Notes: generated by a model from the sequence alone, not told the origin. DNA of 64,000 nt from Spirochaetia bacterium (GCA_965203905.1 CBDBDQ010000005.1:2016001-2080000); one strand, 5' to 3'; numbered from the stretch's first letter, positions 10,046 to 21,853 are shown. Made by a program: numbers and translations.

Positions 10046-11221
10046 TCAGCCGCTGGTGGTCATGATCCGGTGGTAGATGTCGGCGGCCTGCAGCACCTGG
10101 TCGCAGTCGACCCACTCGACCGCGGCGTGCGCCTGATCGATGCTGCCGGGCCCGAGCACGATCGCGGGGATGCCGGCGGCGCTCAGCTTGGCGGCATCGG
10201 TCCCGTACGGCTCGCCGCCGACGCTCGCACGGCCGGTGGTCGCCCGCACGGCAGCGCTGGCGTTGACCACGATAGCGGCATCGGCCGGCGTCTCCATCGG
10301 CTCGATCGACAGATCCTCGATAATGTCGACGGCGCTTCCAGGATGCGCTGCAGCGACCCGTGCAGCGATGCCGCGGTACGGGTCCAGCACGCTTCCGAAG
10401 TCCTCGCTCGGCAGCACCCGGCGGTCGAGCTCGAAGCGGCAGTGGGCCGGCACGAAGTTCACCTGCAACCCGCCCTGGATGGTACCGATGTTGTGCGTCG
10501 GAGCGCCGGTGACGCCGTCATCGCGGCCGGCGAACCCGCCCGCCACCTCTTCGTCGAAGGCGGTGATCAGCCGTGCCGCGGCGCCGATCGCGTTCACCCC
10601 CAGGTGCGGCTTGGAACTGTGCGCGGCAGTGCCGTGAACCTCGACCACCGCCCGCACCACCCCCTTGTGCGCGCGCACGATGCGCAGCTCGGTCGGCTCT
10701 GCCACCACCGCCCCGACGATCCTGGTGCCGCGGGCGGTCAGCGAATCGGCGAGCGCGGCAGCGCCCCGCATGCGGTACTCCTCGTCCACCACCCCCGCGT
10801 ACATCACGCTGACCGGTGGCGGCTCCCCGGAGCGGACGATGCGCAGCATGGCGTGCAGCATCGCCACCCCGCCGGCCTTGGTGTCGCTGGCGCCGCGGCC
10901 AAACACCTTGCCGTCGCGCAGAGCGGGCTGGAACGGATCTATCGTCATGCCCTCGGCCGTGGCGGTATCCATGTGGCACTCGAACAGGACGGCCCGGCTC
11001 GGATCGCGTCCCGGCAGCGTGGCGACCAGGTTGGGCCGACCCGGCAGCGCCTCCCAGCGCTCGCACGCGATCCCGGCGGCGGCGAAGAACCGGGTCAGGT
11101 ACTCCAGCATGCCACGCTCACCGTCGCTCCCGCCCGGCAGGTCCGGGTTGACGCTCGGGATCGCCACCACCTCCTGAAGCGTCGCAAGGATCGGTTCGGT
11201 GCTGCGTTCGTAAGCGCTCAT
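10046..11221 (-). CDS. M20 family metallopeptidase / acetylornithine deacetylase-like
   Basis: ECHMDT, GRGASDTKAG, DEEY, VAEPT, AAHSS, GPGSIDQAH; ATGA overlap with upstream ATPase. Confidence 0.9.
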   Translation of the reverse strand: MSAYERSTEPILATLQEVVAIPSVNPDLPGGSDGERGMLEYLTRFFAAAGIACERWEALPGRPNLVATLPGRDPSRAVLFECHMDTATAEGMTIDPFQPALRDGKVFGRGASDTKAGGVAMLHAMLRIVRSGEPPPVSVMYAGVVDEEYRMRGAAALADSLTARGTRIVGAVVAEPTELRIVRAHKGVVRAVVEVHGTAAHSSKPHLGVNAIGAAARLITAFDEEVAGGFAGRDDGVTGAPTHNIGTIQGGLQVNFVPAHCRFELDRRVLPSEDFGSVLDPYRGIAARVAAAHPGSAVDIIEDLSIEPMETPADAAIVVNASAAVRATTGRASVGGEPYGTDAAKLSAAGIPAIVLGPGSIDQAHAAVEWVDCDQVLQAADIYHRIMTTSG

Positions 11222-12635
11222 GGCGGGGGATTGTGGCATGCCAGGGCGTGGCCGTCGCGGTCGGTCACCAGCTCCGGCATGGTACGGCTGCAGGCGTCGA
11301 CCCGGTACCGGCAGCGCGGGTGGAAGGGGCAGCCCGACGGTGGGTTGACCGGCGACGGCACGTCGCCCTGGGCACCGCCGCCGGCCAGCGGCAGGTCGGG
11401 ATCCGCCACCGGGACCGAGGCCATCAGGGAGATGGTGTAGGGATGGCGTGGCTGCTCGGTGATATCCTCGGCGTCGCCGAGTTCCACGATCTTGCCGAGG
11501 TACATCACCGCGACGCGGTCGGCGATATAGCGCACCACCGCCAGGTCGTGGGCGATGAACAGGTAGGTCAGACCCAGCTCTTCCTGCAGCTCCAGCAGCA
11601 GGTTGAGGATCTGCGCCTGAATCGAAACGTCGAGCGCGGAGACCGGTTCGTCGGCGATCACCACCGACGGCGCCAGGGCCAGCGCGCGGGCGATGCCGAT
11701 GCGTTGGCGCTGGCCGCCCGAGAACTCGTGCGGGTAGCGCTGGGCCGAGGAGCGCGGCAGCCCGACGCGATCCAGCAGGCGGCGCACGTGGAGCTCCAGG
11801 TCGGGGCCGGCGTGGGTGCCGAACTCGCGCGGTCCCTCGGCGATCAGGTCGTGCACCAGCATGCGCGGGTTGAGCGACGCCCAGGGATCCTGAAACACCA
11901 TCTGCAGTCGCCGCCGCGCCTGCTTGAGTGCCGCCCGCGGCATCGCCAGGAGGTCGGAAGAGGCCGCACGGCGATCGGCCGCCGCCCGCAGACGCTGCTC
12001 GCGGGCGCGCAGCGCACGCAGCTCGCGCCAGCCCGCTCCCGCCCGGGCGGCCCGCTCCCGCACCGTCTCGGCCTGGGCGTCCAGGGTCGTCACGGCCCGC
12101 ACCAGCTCCGGGTTCGGTTCCAGGTACACGCGTCCGCCCTGCGGCTGGTAGAGGCGTAGCAGGGAGCGCCCCAACGTGGTCTTGCCGCACCCCGACTCCC
12201 CCACCAGGCCGAGCGTCTCGCCGCCCCGCAGTTGCAACGACACATCGTCCACGGCGCGCACCATCAGCCGGCGGACGTTGAACGCTCCGGTCTTCACCGG
12301 GAACCAGGTGCGCAGCCGGCGCACGTCCAGCACCGCGGGCGCCGGCTGCCGGGCGCCGCTCCCGGAGTCGCGGCGCCGCTCCTCCCCGGCGCCGGTCGCC
12401 GGCGCCGGCCGACCGGCCTCCGGCCTGCGCTCGCGCTTTTCCGGTCCGCGCCCGGTATCGCGCGGCGGCTGCCCCGGCCGCGGGCGTGCGTCCGGGGCGC
12501 CCTCGGCCCGCGGCCGCCCCCGCCGCCGGCGGCGGCGCCGGCCGCGCCCACCCCCGTCCGGCTTCCTTGCCGGTGGGCCCGCGCCACGGTCCTCTCGCCG
12601 GTTCCGGTTCCCTCGGCGCGCCGCCTCGCCTCCTC

Positions 12636-12639
<4 letters not shown>
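11218..12639 (-). CDS. Oligopeptide/dipeptide ABC transporter ATP-binding subunit (OppF/AppF-like) with Arg-rich N-terminal extension
   Basis: [35 protein letters not shown]; start fixed by ATGA overlap at 12636-12639. Confidence 0.9.
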
Positions 12640-13730
<1,091 letters not shown>

Positions 13731-13789
13731 CTGCGGCGGCAACCGCGACAGCCGGGTTCGCGACTGCCGCACGGCGGGCGCTCGACGTA

Positions 13790-15307
13790 TCAATGCCGAC
13801 TCCTCGGATCGACCGCGTCGCGCACCCCGTCGCCGACGAAGTTCCACGCCATGATGGCGATGAAGATGCAGACGCCGGGTATCAGGATCCAGGGGAAGTC
13901 CTGGACCACCCGGTAGCTGCGCGACGCCGACAGCATCAGCCCCCAGCTCGACTGCGGCTCGGTGATGCCCAGGCCCAGGAAGCTCAACGCCGATTCGCCC
14001 AGGATGAATCCGGGGATGGTCAGGGTCACCTGCACGATCACGAACGAGAACGTGTTGGGCAGCACGTGGCGGCGGATGATCTTGAACGGCCCCAGGCCGA
14101 GAGAGCGCGCGCTCAGCACGTAGTCCTCCGAGCGCAGCGACAGCGTCATGCCGCGCACGATGCGGGCCAGCGATCCCCAGATCACGAACGACACGATCAG
14201 GATGATCAGGAAGTACACCTGCACGCTGTTCAGGGTGGGCGGAAAAGTGCCGCGCAGGACCAGCAGCAGGTAGAACGACGGGAACGAGAGCAACACCTCG
14301 GTGAAGCGCATCAGCAGGTTGTCGGCGGTGCCGCCGAAGTAGCCTGCCGCGCCGCCGATCAGCAGTCCCATCACCAGGGTGATCGCGGCCCCCACCAGGC
14401 CCACGGTCAGCGACACGCGCGCGCCGTGCAGGAGGCGCGAGAGCAGGTCGCGGCCGGTGTGGTCGGTGCCGAGCGGAAAGAAGCCGCCGGTAGGCGAGGC
14501 AAGCAGGTGGATGCGCGCCGTGAACAGCCCCAGGAACCGGTAGGGGACGCCGCGCGCGAACAACCCCACGAAGTTCTTGTTGCCCTTGGCCACGATCAGC
14601 TCCAGGGTCTCCGGCGCAGCGCCGGCCTGGTGCAGCCGCACGCGGCGTTGCAGGTCGCGGCGCGGGTCGCGCTCCACCTCCTCGATCAGCGCCCGCAGTT
14701 CGCCGAGCCGCGGGTCGCTGTCGGCGAGTCGGTAGTGCCGCTGCAGCGCCTGCAGCGACGCGCGGCTGCGCGCCGCAGGGTCCTCCTGCAGCGCAACCGA
14801 ACGCAGCTCGGCGCGCCCGGCGGCCCGTTCCTGGGAGATGACCCGCAGGGTACGCCGCGGTACCCGGCCGTAGGTGCGCAGCGCCTGGTTGACGATGTGC
14901 ATCTCGTACACGAACGGGCGCACCACCAGGCGGCCGCCGTCCAGGTAGCTGAAGCGGATCCCGGTCGGCGGCTGATACGACTTGGTCTTGTCGGTCCACC
15001 GCATGGTGGCCGGTGCCAGCGGGTCGGCCAACAGGGCCAGCGCGTACAGCACGATCAGCACGCTGCCGCCGATGCGGCCCAGGCGGTGCTGCTTGAACCG
15101 CCGCCAGTACACCTCCAGCAGCGACTCGGTGTGCTCGGCCGCCGCCGCAGGGCTCGCCGCCTCGGCTGCGCCCGCCGTGGGCTCACCGCCGTCCCGCTGC
15201 CGTACGTCGGCGGGCCGCCGGCCGCCGGCCCGCCGGCCACCGTCGTGCGCTTCCCGGGCCGCGCCCCGCCCTGCACTCCGGGCAGCGGAGCCGCCGCGCC
15301 TGTTCAT
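13790..15307 (-). CDS. Peptide ABC transporter permease (OppC-like)
   Basis: [35 protein letters not shown]; ATGA overlap with upstream permease. Confidence 0.92.
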   Translation of the reverse strand: MNRRGGSAARSAGRGAAREAHDGGRRAGGRRPADVRQRDGGEPTAGAAEAASPAAAAEHTESLLEVYWRRFKQHRLGRIGGSVLIVLYALALLADPLAPATMRWTDKTKSYQPPTGIRFSYLDGGRLVVRPFVYEMHIVNQALRTYGRVPRRTLRVISQERAAGRAELRSVALQEDPAARSRASLQALQRHYRLADSDPRLGELRALIEEVERDPRRDLQRRVRLHQAGAAPETLELIVAKGNKNFVGLFARGVPYRFLGLFTARIHLLASPTGGFFPLGTDHTGRDLLSRLLHGARVSLTVGLVGAAITLVMGLLIGGAAGYFGGTADNLLMRFTEVLLSFPSFYLLLVLRGTFPPTLNSVQVYFLIILIVSFVIWGSLARIVRGMTLSLRSEDYVLSARSLGLGPFKIIRRHVLPNTFSFVIVQVTLTIPGFILGESALSFLGLGITEPQSSWGLMLSASRSYRVVQDFPWILIPGVCIFIAIMAWNFVGDGVRDAVDPRSRH

Positions 15308-16284
15308 GTCACCCGGATCCTGGGATCGGTGACTGCCAGCAGGATGTCGGCCAGCAGGTTGCCGATCATCAGCAGCACCACCCCGTACACGACGCTGCCC
15401 GACACCAGGAAGGAGTCCTGGCTGAGCGTTGCCGTCAGAATCAGCTTGCCCAGGCCGGGCCAGCCGGTGACGATCTCCACCAGGGCCGCGCCGCTCAGGA
15501 TCTCGCCGATGTTGAAGCCCAGTATGGTGATCATCGGGTTGACCGCGTTGCGCAGCGCGTGCTTCAGCAGCACCACGCGTTCGGACAGCCCCTTGGCACG
15601 CGCGGTGGTGGTGTACTGCTGGCCCAGGACCTCCAGCATGCTGCCACGCATGATGCGGGTCAGCCCGGCGGTAATGGCGGTGGAGATCACCAGCGCCGGC
15701 ACCACCAGGTGCTTGGCCAGGTCCCAGGTCTTGCCCAACAGGCTCATTTCGGGATGGTCGATCGAGGTCATGCCGCCGATCGGCAGCCAGCTCCCGGTGG
15801 AGGCGATCAGGAACAACAGCAGCGACGCCAGGAAGAAGTTGGGAATCGACAGCCCGAAAAACGCCAACACGGCGATCGACTGGTCCTGCCAGCGGTACTG
15901 GCGGGCGGCGGCGATGATGCCGGCCGGCACCGAGAACCCCCACGCCAGCAGCAGCGCCACCACCGACAGCAGCAGCGTGTTGGCGGCGCGCTGCGAGACC
16001 AGCACGAACACCGGCGCCTTGAAGGTCTGGGAGAAGCCGAAGTCGCCCTGCGCGGCGTTCCACAGGTAGCGTCCGAACTGCACGTACCACGGCTGGTCGA
16101 GGCCGAAGTTGGCACGGAACCGCTCCAGGTCCTCGGCGCGGATGTCCGGGTTGAGCGCGTACTCGGTGTACACGTCGCCGGGCGCGAGCTGGATCAGCCA
16201 GAAGGCGATGGCCAGCGTCACGGCCAGGATCGGCACGACGTTCAGCAGCCGGCGGATGACCAGCCGCAGCAGCGACAGGCTCAT
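15304..16284 (-). CDS. Peptide ABC transporter permease (OppB-like)
   Basis: FGLDQPWYVQF, GDFGFS, TARAKGL, KHALRNA, DPRIR. Confidence 0.95.
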   Translation of the reverse strand: MSLSLLRLVIRRLLNVVPILAVTLAIAFWLIQLAPGDVYTEYALNPDIRAEDLERFRANFGLDQPWYVQFGRYLWNAAQGDFGFSQTFKAPVFVLVSQRAANTLLLSVVALLLAWGFSVPAGIIAAARQYRWQDQSIAVLAFFGLSIPNFFLASLLLFLIASTGSWLPIGGMTSIDHPEMSLLGKTWDLAKHLVVPALVISTAITAGLTRIMRGSMLEVLGQQYTTTARAKGLSERVVLLKHALRNAVNPMITILGFNIGEILSGAALVEIVTGWPGLGKLILTATLSQDSFLVSGSVVYGVVLLMIGNLLADILLAVTDPRIRVT

Positions 16285-16313
16285 GCAGTGCTCAAGAGTC
16301 CGGGAGTGCGCGA

Positions 16314-16341
16314 AGAGTCCGGGAACGCGGTCCCGGACTCT
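16314..16341. terminator. Intercistronic hairpin after the substrate-binding gene
   Basis: 11-bp perfect stem AGAGTCCGGGA / TCCCGGACTCT with 6-nt loop; AAGAGTCCGGGA also directly repeated at 16294-16305. Confidence 0.6.
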
Positions 16342-16357
16342 CCTGCCGTGAGTCGGC

Positions 16358-18145
16358 CTACTTTATGAACAGCCGGTCGGCGAGCCCCCTCATACCGTAG
16401 CCGTGGAGCGGGTGCGGCTTGATGTTGCCGATCGTGTTGCGGACGGCGGTCATCGACGCCGGCGCGAAGGTGTACGCCCACGGCACTTCCTCGATCCACA
16501 GCTCCTGCAGCTTGCGGTAGCCGCGGATGCGCTGCTCCTCGTCGGTGGTCAGGTTGGCCTCGTCCCAGGCAGCGTCCACCGCCGCCTCCCAGTCGCGGCG
16601 CGGCGACTCCTGGTTGGGCTCGATCATGTGCAGGGAGCCGCGCGACGGGTACACGTTGGCGCCGCCCACCGGATCCACCGAGCCGGTCAGGCCGATCAGG
16701 ATCATCTGCCAGTCGTAGGAGGCGACCAGACGGGTGACCAGCTCGTTGAACGCTTCCGGCTTGAAGGTGACGTCGACCCCTACCGCCTTCGCCTCCTGGC
16801 TGAACAGCTCGCCGATCTGCTCGCGCACGTCGTTGCCGGAGTTGGTGTTCAGGATCAGCTCGATCTTGTTGCCGTCCGGGTCCTCGCGCACGCCGTCGCC
16901 GTCGCGGTCGGTGTAGCCGATCGCGTCGAGCAGCTCCTTGGCGCTCTGCGGGTCGTACTTGAAGGCGGCGTCGGCGGCGCCCTCCCAGTAGTAGGGGGAC
17001 ACGGTCCACACGAACGAGTATTGCGGGTAGCCGAAGCCGAAGGCGATGTTGTTGATGATGGTCTGGCGGTCGATCAGGTGCGCCATCGCCTGGCGGAACG
17101 ACTTGTTGGACAGCCAGGTGAGCGCCGGCGGCTCGATCCCGCCGTCCTCCTCGCCCTCGATCGGGTTCTGGTTGAAGGTGATGAACTGGGTGCTGGAGGC
17201 GGGGCCGACGTTGTAGATCAGGAAGTTGTCGGACTCCTGCCTGTCGACCAGGGCGCCGTAGTCCTTGCCGCGCAGCCCGAAGGCGTCGCTCTCACCGGCG
17301 ATGAAGCGGGCCAGGCCGGTTTCGAGATCCTCGACGAACTCGATCACGAACTCGTCCAGGTAGGGAAGCTGCTGCCCCCACTCGTCCTGCTCGTAGTAGT
17401 TGGGGTTGGGCACCATCACCACCCGCTCGCTCGGCACGTACTCGCCGATCAGGAACGGGCCGTTGCCGACGATGGTGCTCACGTCGGTGTCCACGCCCCA
17501 GAACGAGTTGACCGCGGCGGCACCCTCCGCCTCGATCAGCGGCTCGAAGATGTGGCGCGGCATCGGCCCGATCGAGGCGATCTCGAAGATGCCGGCGTAC
17601 ACCGACGGCAGCACGACGCGGTAGGTCAGGTCGTCGATCAGCTCGAACTCCGCGAGCTCGCCGCCGACGTTCAGGGCGTCGCGGGTGCTGGTCTCCACCG
17701 CTTCGTTCTTGTAGATCTCGTTGACGCTCCACACGACCTCGTCCGCGGTGATAGGGTCGCCGTCGGACCACACCAGGCCGCTGCGCAGGTGGAGCGTTAT
17801 CGTCTTCTGGTCCTCGGAGATCTCCCAGCGCTCGGCCAGGCCCGGCTCCCACTCCAGGGTGAGCTGGCTGCGCCGCACCACGCCGGCGAACATGCGATCG
17901 GTGATGTCGGTGGTCGAGGTCTCCTTGGCGACCACCGGGTTGAAGGTCTTGGCGTCGGAGATGTTGTTCACCACGAACCGGCCGCCGTGGCGGCCGCGCT
18001 CCCATGCGGAGTGATCGACCGGCTCCAGCATGTCGATCGGGCTCATCTCCTCCGCTTCGGCCAGCGGTTCGATCTCCACCTCGGGGCCGGCCCAGGCGCC
18101 AATGGCGGCAACGCCGGCAATCAGAACGGCGACGACTTTCTTCAT
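16358..18145 (-). CDS. ABC transporter substrate-binding protein, family 5
   Basis: Signal peptide MKKVVAVLIAGVAAIGAWA, PGLAERW, WSDGDPITADEV, VGNGPF; GGAGG RBS. Confidence 0.95.
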   Translation of the reverse strand: MKKVVAVLIAGVAAIGAWAGPEVEIEPLAEAEEMSPIDMLEPVDHSAWERGRHGGRFVVNNISDAKTFNPVVAKETSTTDITDRMFAGVVRRSQLTLEWEPGLAERWEISEDQKTITLHLRSGLVWSDGDPITADEVVWSVNEIYKNEAVETSTRDALNVGGELAEFELIDDLTYRVVLPSVYAGIFEIASIGPMPRHIFEPLIEAEGAAAVNSFWGVDTDVSTIVGNGPFLIGEYVPSERVVMVPNPNYYEQDEWGQQLPYLDEFVIEFVEDLETGLARFIAGESDAFGLRGKDYGALVDRQESDNFLIYNVGPASSTQFITFNQNPIEGEEDGGIEPPALTWLSNKSFRQAMAHLIDRQTIINNIAFGFGYPQYSFVWTVSPYYWEGAADAAFKYDPQSAKELLDAIGYTDRDGDGVREDPDGNKIELILNTNSGNDVREQIGELFSQEAKAVGVDVTFKPEAFNELVTRLVASYDWQMILIGLTGSVDPVGGANVYPSRGSLHMIEPNQESPRRDWEAAVDAAWDEANLTTDEEQRIRGYRKLQELWIEEVPWAYTFAPASMTAVRNTIGNIKPHPLHGYGMRGLADRLFIK

Positions 18146-18287
18146 GGGAACCTCCAACGAACGTGAGTGTCCCGTAATGGTACCGCATGCCTGTTGCGCT
18201 GTCTTGCTTGTGCGCGCAATCGCGTAATCAGTTCGTTTCGAAACGGCCCGTCATTGACGTACCTGCTGGGGACGGTACCTTCACTCC

Positions 18288-19382
18288 ATGAGCCAGCACG
18301 GTCACTCCGTGACACGGAAGACTACAAGAACCGCGCAAGGAGTACACGGTGGCCGCCATGTTCGGATCAGCACATCGGTCAGGGACCTGATCACCGGCGC
18401 GGTGGCGTGTGTGGTCCTGGTCTATTTCTTTGCCCGTATCGAGCTGGTCGAACTGGTTTTCGACTGGACCCGGCAGCATGAAGACTGGGATCTCGACGAG
18501 ATCCTCGCCGGCGTGCCCGCGCTGGCCGTGGTGGCTGCCTGGTTTGCGGCTCGGCGGCGCCGCGAGGCGCTACGGCTGAGCGTCCACCTGGAGCATAACG
18601 TGGCCCAACTCCAGGAGGAGGTTCGCCGGCGCCGCGAGTTGCAGGAGCAGCTCCGCGAAGCGTACAAGGTTGCCGCCGTGGGCACCGTCGCCGGCGGCCT
18701 CGCGCACGAGCTGAACGACGTCCTGCAACCGATCGTCACGCTGTCGCAACTCCACGCCGAGCGGCCGGAGACTCCCGCAGAGGTGCGTAGCGGCATGCGG
18801 CACATCCAGGACGCTGCCGAACGGGGACGTGAAATCGTCAAGCATTCGCTCTCCTTCACCACCGGCGGAACGCGCGACACCGAGCAGGTGGTCCCCGCCC
18901 GCTGGCTTGCCGGCTTCGTGGCGCGGGCCCGAAAGCAGGCCGGCGAGGTGACGATCGCCACCCGGTTCGGTACCGACGCGGGTTCGGTGCGGGTGAATTC
19001 CGGCGAGCTGGAGCACGTCATGGACAACCTGCTCCGCAATGCCGTCGAGGCGATGCAGCAGCGTGGGACCGTAACCGTCGTCCTCGACACCTGCACCCTG
19101 AACGCCCAAGCCGCGCTCGCGCAGGGGCTGACGGTCGGCGAGTTCTTTCGAATAGACGTGACCGACGAGGGTCCCGGCATGGCCGACGAAGTGCGGCGCC
19201 ACGTATTCGATCCGTTCTTTACCACCAAGGGTGGTGCCACCAAGGGCGGCGGCGACGGAACGGGGCTGGGGCTCGCCGTCGTGTATCGGCTGGTGCGCGG
19301 CTGGGAGGGCAACATCTCCGTGCACTCCGAGCCCGGCGCCGGCGCCACCTTCAGCGTCCTGATTCCCCGGCTTGGCGCGTAG
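18288..19382 (+). CDS. Membrane-bound sensor histidine kinase
   Basis: Two TM segments, AHELND H-box, NLLRNA, DEGPGM, FDPFFTTK, GTGLGL; TTGACG-16-TACCTT 6 nt before the ATG. Confidence 0.92.
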   Translation: MSQHGHSVTRKTTRTAQGVHGGRHVRISTSVRDLITGAVACVVLVYFFARIELVELVFDWTRQHEDWDLDEILAGVPALAVVAAWFAARRRREALRLSVHLEHNVAQLQEEVRRRRELQEQLREAYKVAAVGTVAGGLAHELNDVLQPIVTLSQLHAERPETPAEVRSGMRHIQDAAERGREIVKHSLSFTTGGTRDTEQVVPARWLAGFVARARKQAGEVTIATRFGTDAGSVRVNSGELEHVMDNLLRNAVEAMQQRGTVTVVLDTCTLNAQAALAQGLTVGEFFRIDVTDEGPGMADEVRRHVFDPFFTTKGGATKGGGDGTGLGLAVVYRLVRGWEGNISVHSEPGAGATFSVLIPRLGA

Positions 19383-19387
19383 CAGCC

Positions 19388-19759
19388 GTGGCGACGGTTC
19401 TCGTGGCTGACGATGCGGCCGCGGTACGCTACGCCCTGAGCGCGCTGTTGCGGGGCGCCGGCTACCGGGTGATCGAAGCGGACGGCGGCGTGGCGGCCGT
19501 GCGTGCCGCGGCGACCGCGATGCCGGACCTCGTCGTGGCCGACCTGCACCTGCCGGGCCTGCCGGCCGAACGGCTCATCGAGCAGCTGAAGGCAACGTGT
19601 CCCGGCACCAGGTTCATCGGGCTGTCCGGCGGCGGCATGCACCAGGACCCCGAATCGGCGCTGCGCCTGGCCACCGCCGCCGGCGCCGATGGCGCCCTGC
19701 AGAAACCGGTCTCGAACGACTCCCTGCTGGCCGAGGTGCGAGCCCTGCTGAAACGCTGA
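19388..19759 (+). CDS. Single-domain response regulator (CheY-like)
   Basis: VLVADD, VVADLHLPG, LQKP; adjacent to the kinase. Confidence 0.9.
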   Translation: MATVLVADDAAAVRYALSALLRGAGYRVIEADGGVAAVRAAATAMPDLVVADLHLPGLPAERLIEQLKATCPGTRFIGLSGGGMHQDPESALRLATAAGADGALQKPVSNDSLLAEVRALLKR

Positions 19760-19822
19760 CACGGGCCCCGCGCAGGGGCAGGCCTGCGCCCGGCGGGCCG
19801 CCCGCGGCGGCGTCCCGGCCGC

Positions 19823-21127
19823 TCAGACCAGGTGCATGCGCAGCCAGTCCACCACCTCCGGGCGAGCCGCGGCGAGATTGTGCTCTTCCAACGGGTCGGC
19901 GTCGCGGTCGAACAGGAGCGGCCCGCGGTTCGGGTCGAGCACCAGCTTGTAGCGGCCGTCGGTGGCGAGCCGCCAGCCGGCCAGGCCGGCCACCGCGGCC
20001 GGGCGGTGCCGGTCGCGGCGTGCTGCCAGCAGCGGCCGCAGCGACACGGCGTCCATCGCCGGCAGCGGCTGCGCCGCGGCATAGTCCACGAAGGTGGCGG
20101 CGAGGTCGTGCAGGCTCACCAGGGCGTTCGAGGTCAGACCGCCCGCACAACCCGGGCCGGCGGCGATCAGCGGAATACGCACCGCCGCCTCGTGCCAGGT
20201 GCTCTTGCCCCAGCGGCCATGGTCGCCGAGCATCTCGCCATGGTCGGAGGTGTAAACCACCAGGGTATGCTCCAGCTCGCCGCGCGCCGCCACCGCCTCC
20301 AGCAACCGCCCGCACCAGGTATCGATGTTCTCGATCATGGCTGCGTAGTTCCGGCGCGCCCGCAGCAGGTCGTCGCGATCGCGGTGTTCGTTGGCGTGTG
20401 GCATGGGGAACTCGATTCCCTCCCAGCGGGCGCGCATGTCCGCAGTGACGTCGAACGGGTCGTGCGGGCCAAGGAAGTTCACCTGCAGGAACCAGGGCGT
20501 CGTGCGCGGCAGTTCCGCCAGCACCTGCAGCGCGTTGCCCGCGACCCAGTTGTCGCCGTAGGCATCGTCCGGCAGCGCCGTAGTGTACGCTCCCAGGTGC
20601 TCCCGGCGCGCGGCGTGCTCCTGCAGGTAGCGCCGCGCCAGGCCGCGCTCGTGGAGCATCTTCAGGTAGGGGCCGCGCGGCGCGCCGGCGGCACGGTAGG
20701 AGTTGCTGCCGTCCAGCTTGCCCTCGCTGTCGATGCCGTCGGTGAAGCCCCACTCGTGCAGCAGCCGCGAGCCATCCAGCTCCCACCACAGGTTGGCCGG
20801 GTCGCTGCCGTCCTTGTGCAGGTCGAACTTGCCCACACCCGCCACGCGATAGCCGGCGGCCCGCAGTGCCTGGTAGAAGGTGGGTTGATCAAGTGGATAG
20901 TTGTTGCTGTTGCCCGCCACCCCGCAGTGGGCGTAGTGGCGCCCCGAGGCCAGCGACGCCCGTGACGGCGCGCACAGCGGCGAGGTGCAGTAGGCGCGCT
21001 GAAACGAGACCCCGCGCGCCGCCAGCCGCTGCAGCGTCGGGGTGCGCAACGGCAGGTCGCCGCCGGCCAGCCAGTCGGCACGGTGCTGATCCGGGATCAG
21101 CAGCAACAGGTTGGGCTTCCGCGTCAA
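19823..21127 (-). CDS. Sulfatase (choline-sulfatase-like)
   Basis: PNLLLLIPDQHR, formylglycine motif CAPSR, GPHDPF, SDHGEMLGDHG.WGK. Confidence 0.92.
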   Translation of the reverse strand: MTRKPNLLLLIPDQHRADWLAGGDLPLRTPTLQRLAARGVSFQRAYCTSPLCAPSRASLASGRHYAHCGVAGNSNNYPLDQPTFYQALRAAGYRVAGVGKFDLHKDGSDPANLWWELDGSRLLHEWGFTDGIDSEGKLDGSNSYRAAGAPRGPYLKMLHERGLARRYLQEHAARREHLGAYTTALPDDAYGDNWVAGNALQVLAELPRTTPWFLQVNFLGPHDPFDVTADMRARWEGIEFPMPHANEHRDRDDLLRARRNYAAMIENIDTWCGRLLEAVAARGELEHTLVVYTSDHGEMLGDHGRWGKSTWHEAAVRIPLIAAGPGCAGGLTSNALVSLHDLAATFVDYAAAQPLPAMDAVSLRPLLAARRDRHRPAAVAGLAGWRLATDGRYKLVLDPNRGPLLFDRDADPLEEHNLAAARPEVVDWLRMHLV

Positions 21128-21130
21128 CGG

Positions 21131-21598
21131 TTACTTCTCCTCCGACACGGAGAGCAGCTCCGCCGGCGTCCGCTCCGGGGACGCGAACGGATCGATCACC
21201 CGTACCCTACCGAACATCTGGCCATGCTGGAGATCCTCCGTGAGCAGCACCCGGCAATCGCTGCTCCGGGCAGCCGCGACGATCAGCGCGTCCCACCACG
21301 ACAGCGAGTAGCGATCCTGCAGAGCCCAGGCAGTTTTTATCAGGGTCAGGTCGATGGCGAGCGGGCTCCAGGACGCAAGGAGGTCGACTATGTCGCGTGC
21401 TTCCTGCGGCTCGAGGTTCGGCCGCAACTTGCGGGTAAGCGTGGAGTACAGCTCCTGCAGGACCTGAAAGCTCAGCCGCCCGGCGCGAAGTTCCACGATA
21501 CAGGTAATCCAATCTTCAGCACGTGCCTGCTTGCTGGCGTCCGCGGCATCGTGGCGGTAGACGAGTACGTTGGTGTCAACGAAGACTGGCCCGGTCAT
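21131..21598 (-). CDS. vapC: PIN-domain toxin (VapC-like)
   Basis: VFVDTNVLVY, QVLQE, SWWDALIVAAA, LLTEDL. Confidence 0.9.
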   Translation of the reverse strand: MTGPVFVDTNVLVYRHDAADASKQARAEDWITCIVELRAGRLSFQVLQELYSTLTRKLRPNLEPQEARDIVDLLASWSPLAIDLTLIKTAWALQDRYSLSWWDALIVAAARSSDCRVLLTEDLQHGQMFGRVRVIDPFASPERTPAELLSVSEEK

Positions 21599-21818
21599 GC
21601 AGCTCCTCGCGGGTCGGCTTGCGGCCGTCGACCCACTGAAACCTGCGCGGCTTTATCGCCAGATAGCGTGCCATTGCTGCCTCGTACTCATCATCCTGAC
21701 GCCGTAGGCTCTCGAGAAGGTCGGCCAGCCAGGCAGACACACTGAGATCGGCCTTGGCTGCCTCCACGCGCAGCCATCGAGCGGTGTCTTCGGGCAACGA
21801 AACGGTTACATTCTTCAT
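21576..21818 (-). CDS. Ribbon-helix-helix antitoxin (VapB/CopG-like)
   Basis: MKNVTVSLPEDTARWLRVEAAK..LSVS; overlaps the PIN gene; ends PTREELHDR. Confidence 0.85.
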   Translation of the reverse strand: MKNVTVSLPEDTARWLRVEAAKADLSVSAWLADLLESLRRQDDEYEAAMARYLAIKPRRFQWVDGRKPTREELHDRASLR

Positions 21819-21824
21819 GACGCG

Positions 21825-21853
21825 AAAATAGTGTAGCACGAACATCGTGTCAA
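21825..21853 (-). promoter_or_regulatory. TA-operon promoter with small palindrome
   Basis: TTGACA-17 bp-TATTTT, 6 nt before ATG 21818; CACGA-ACA-TCGTG at 21837-21849. Confidence 0.7.
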
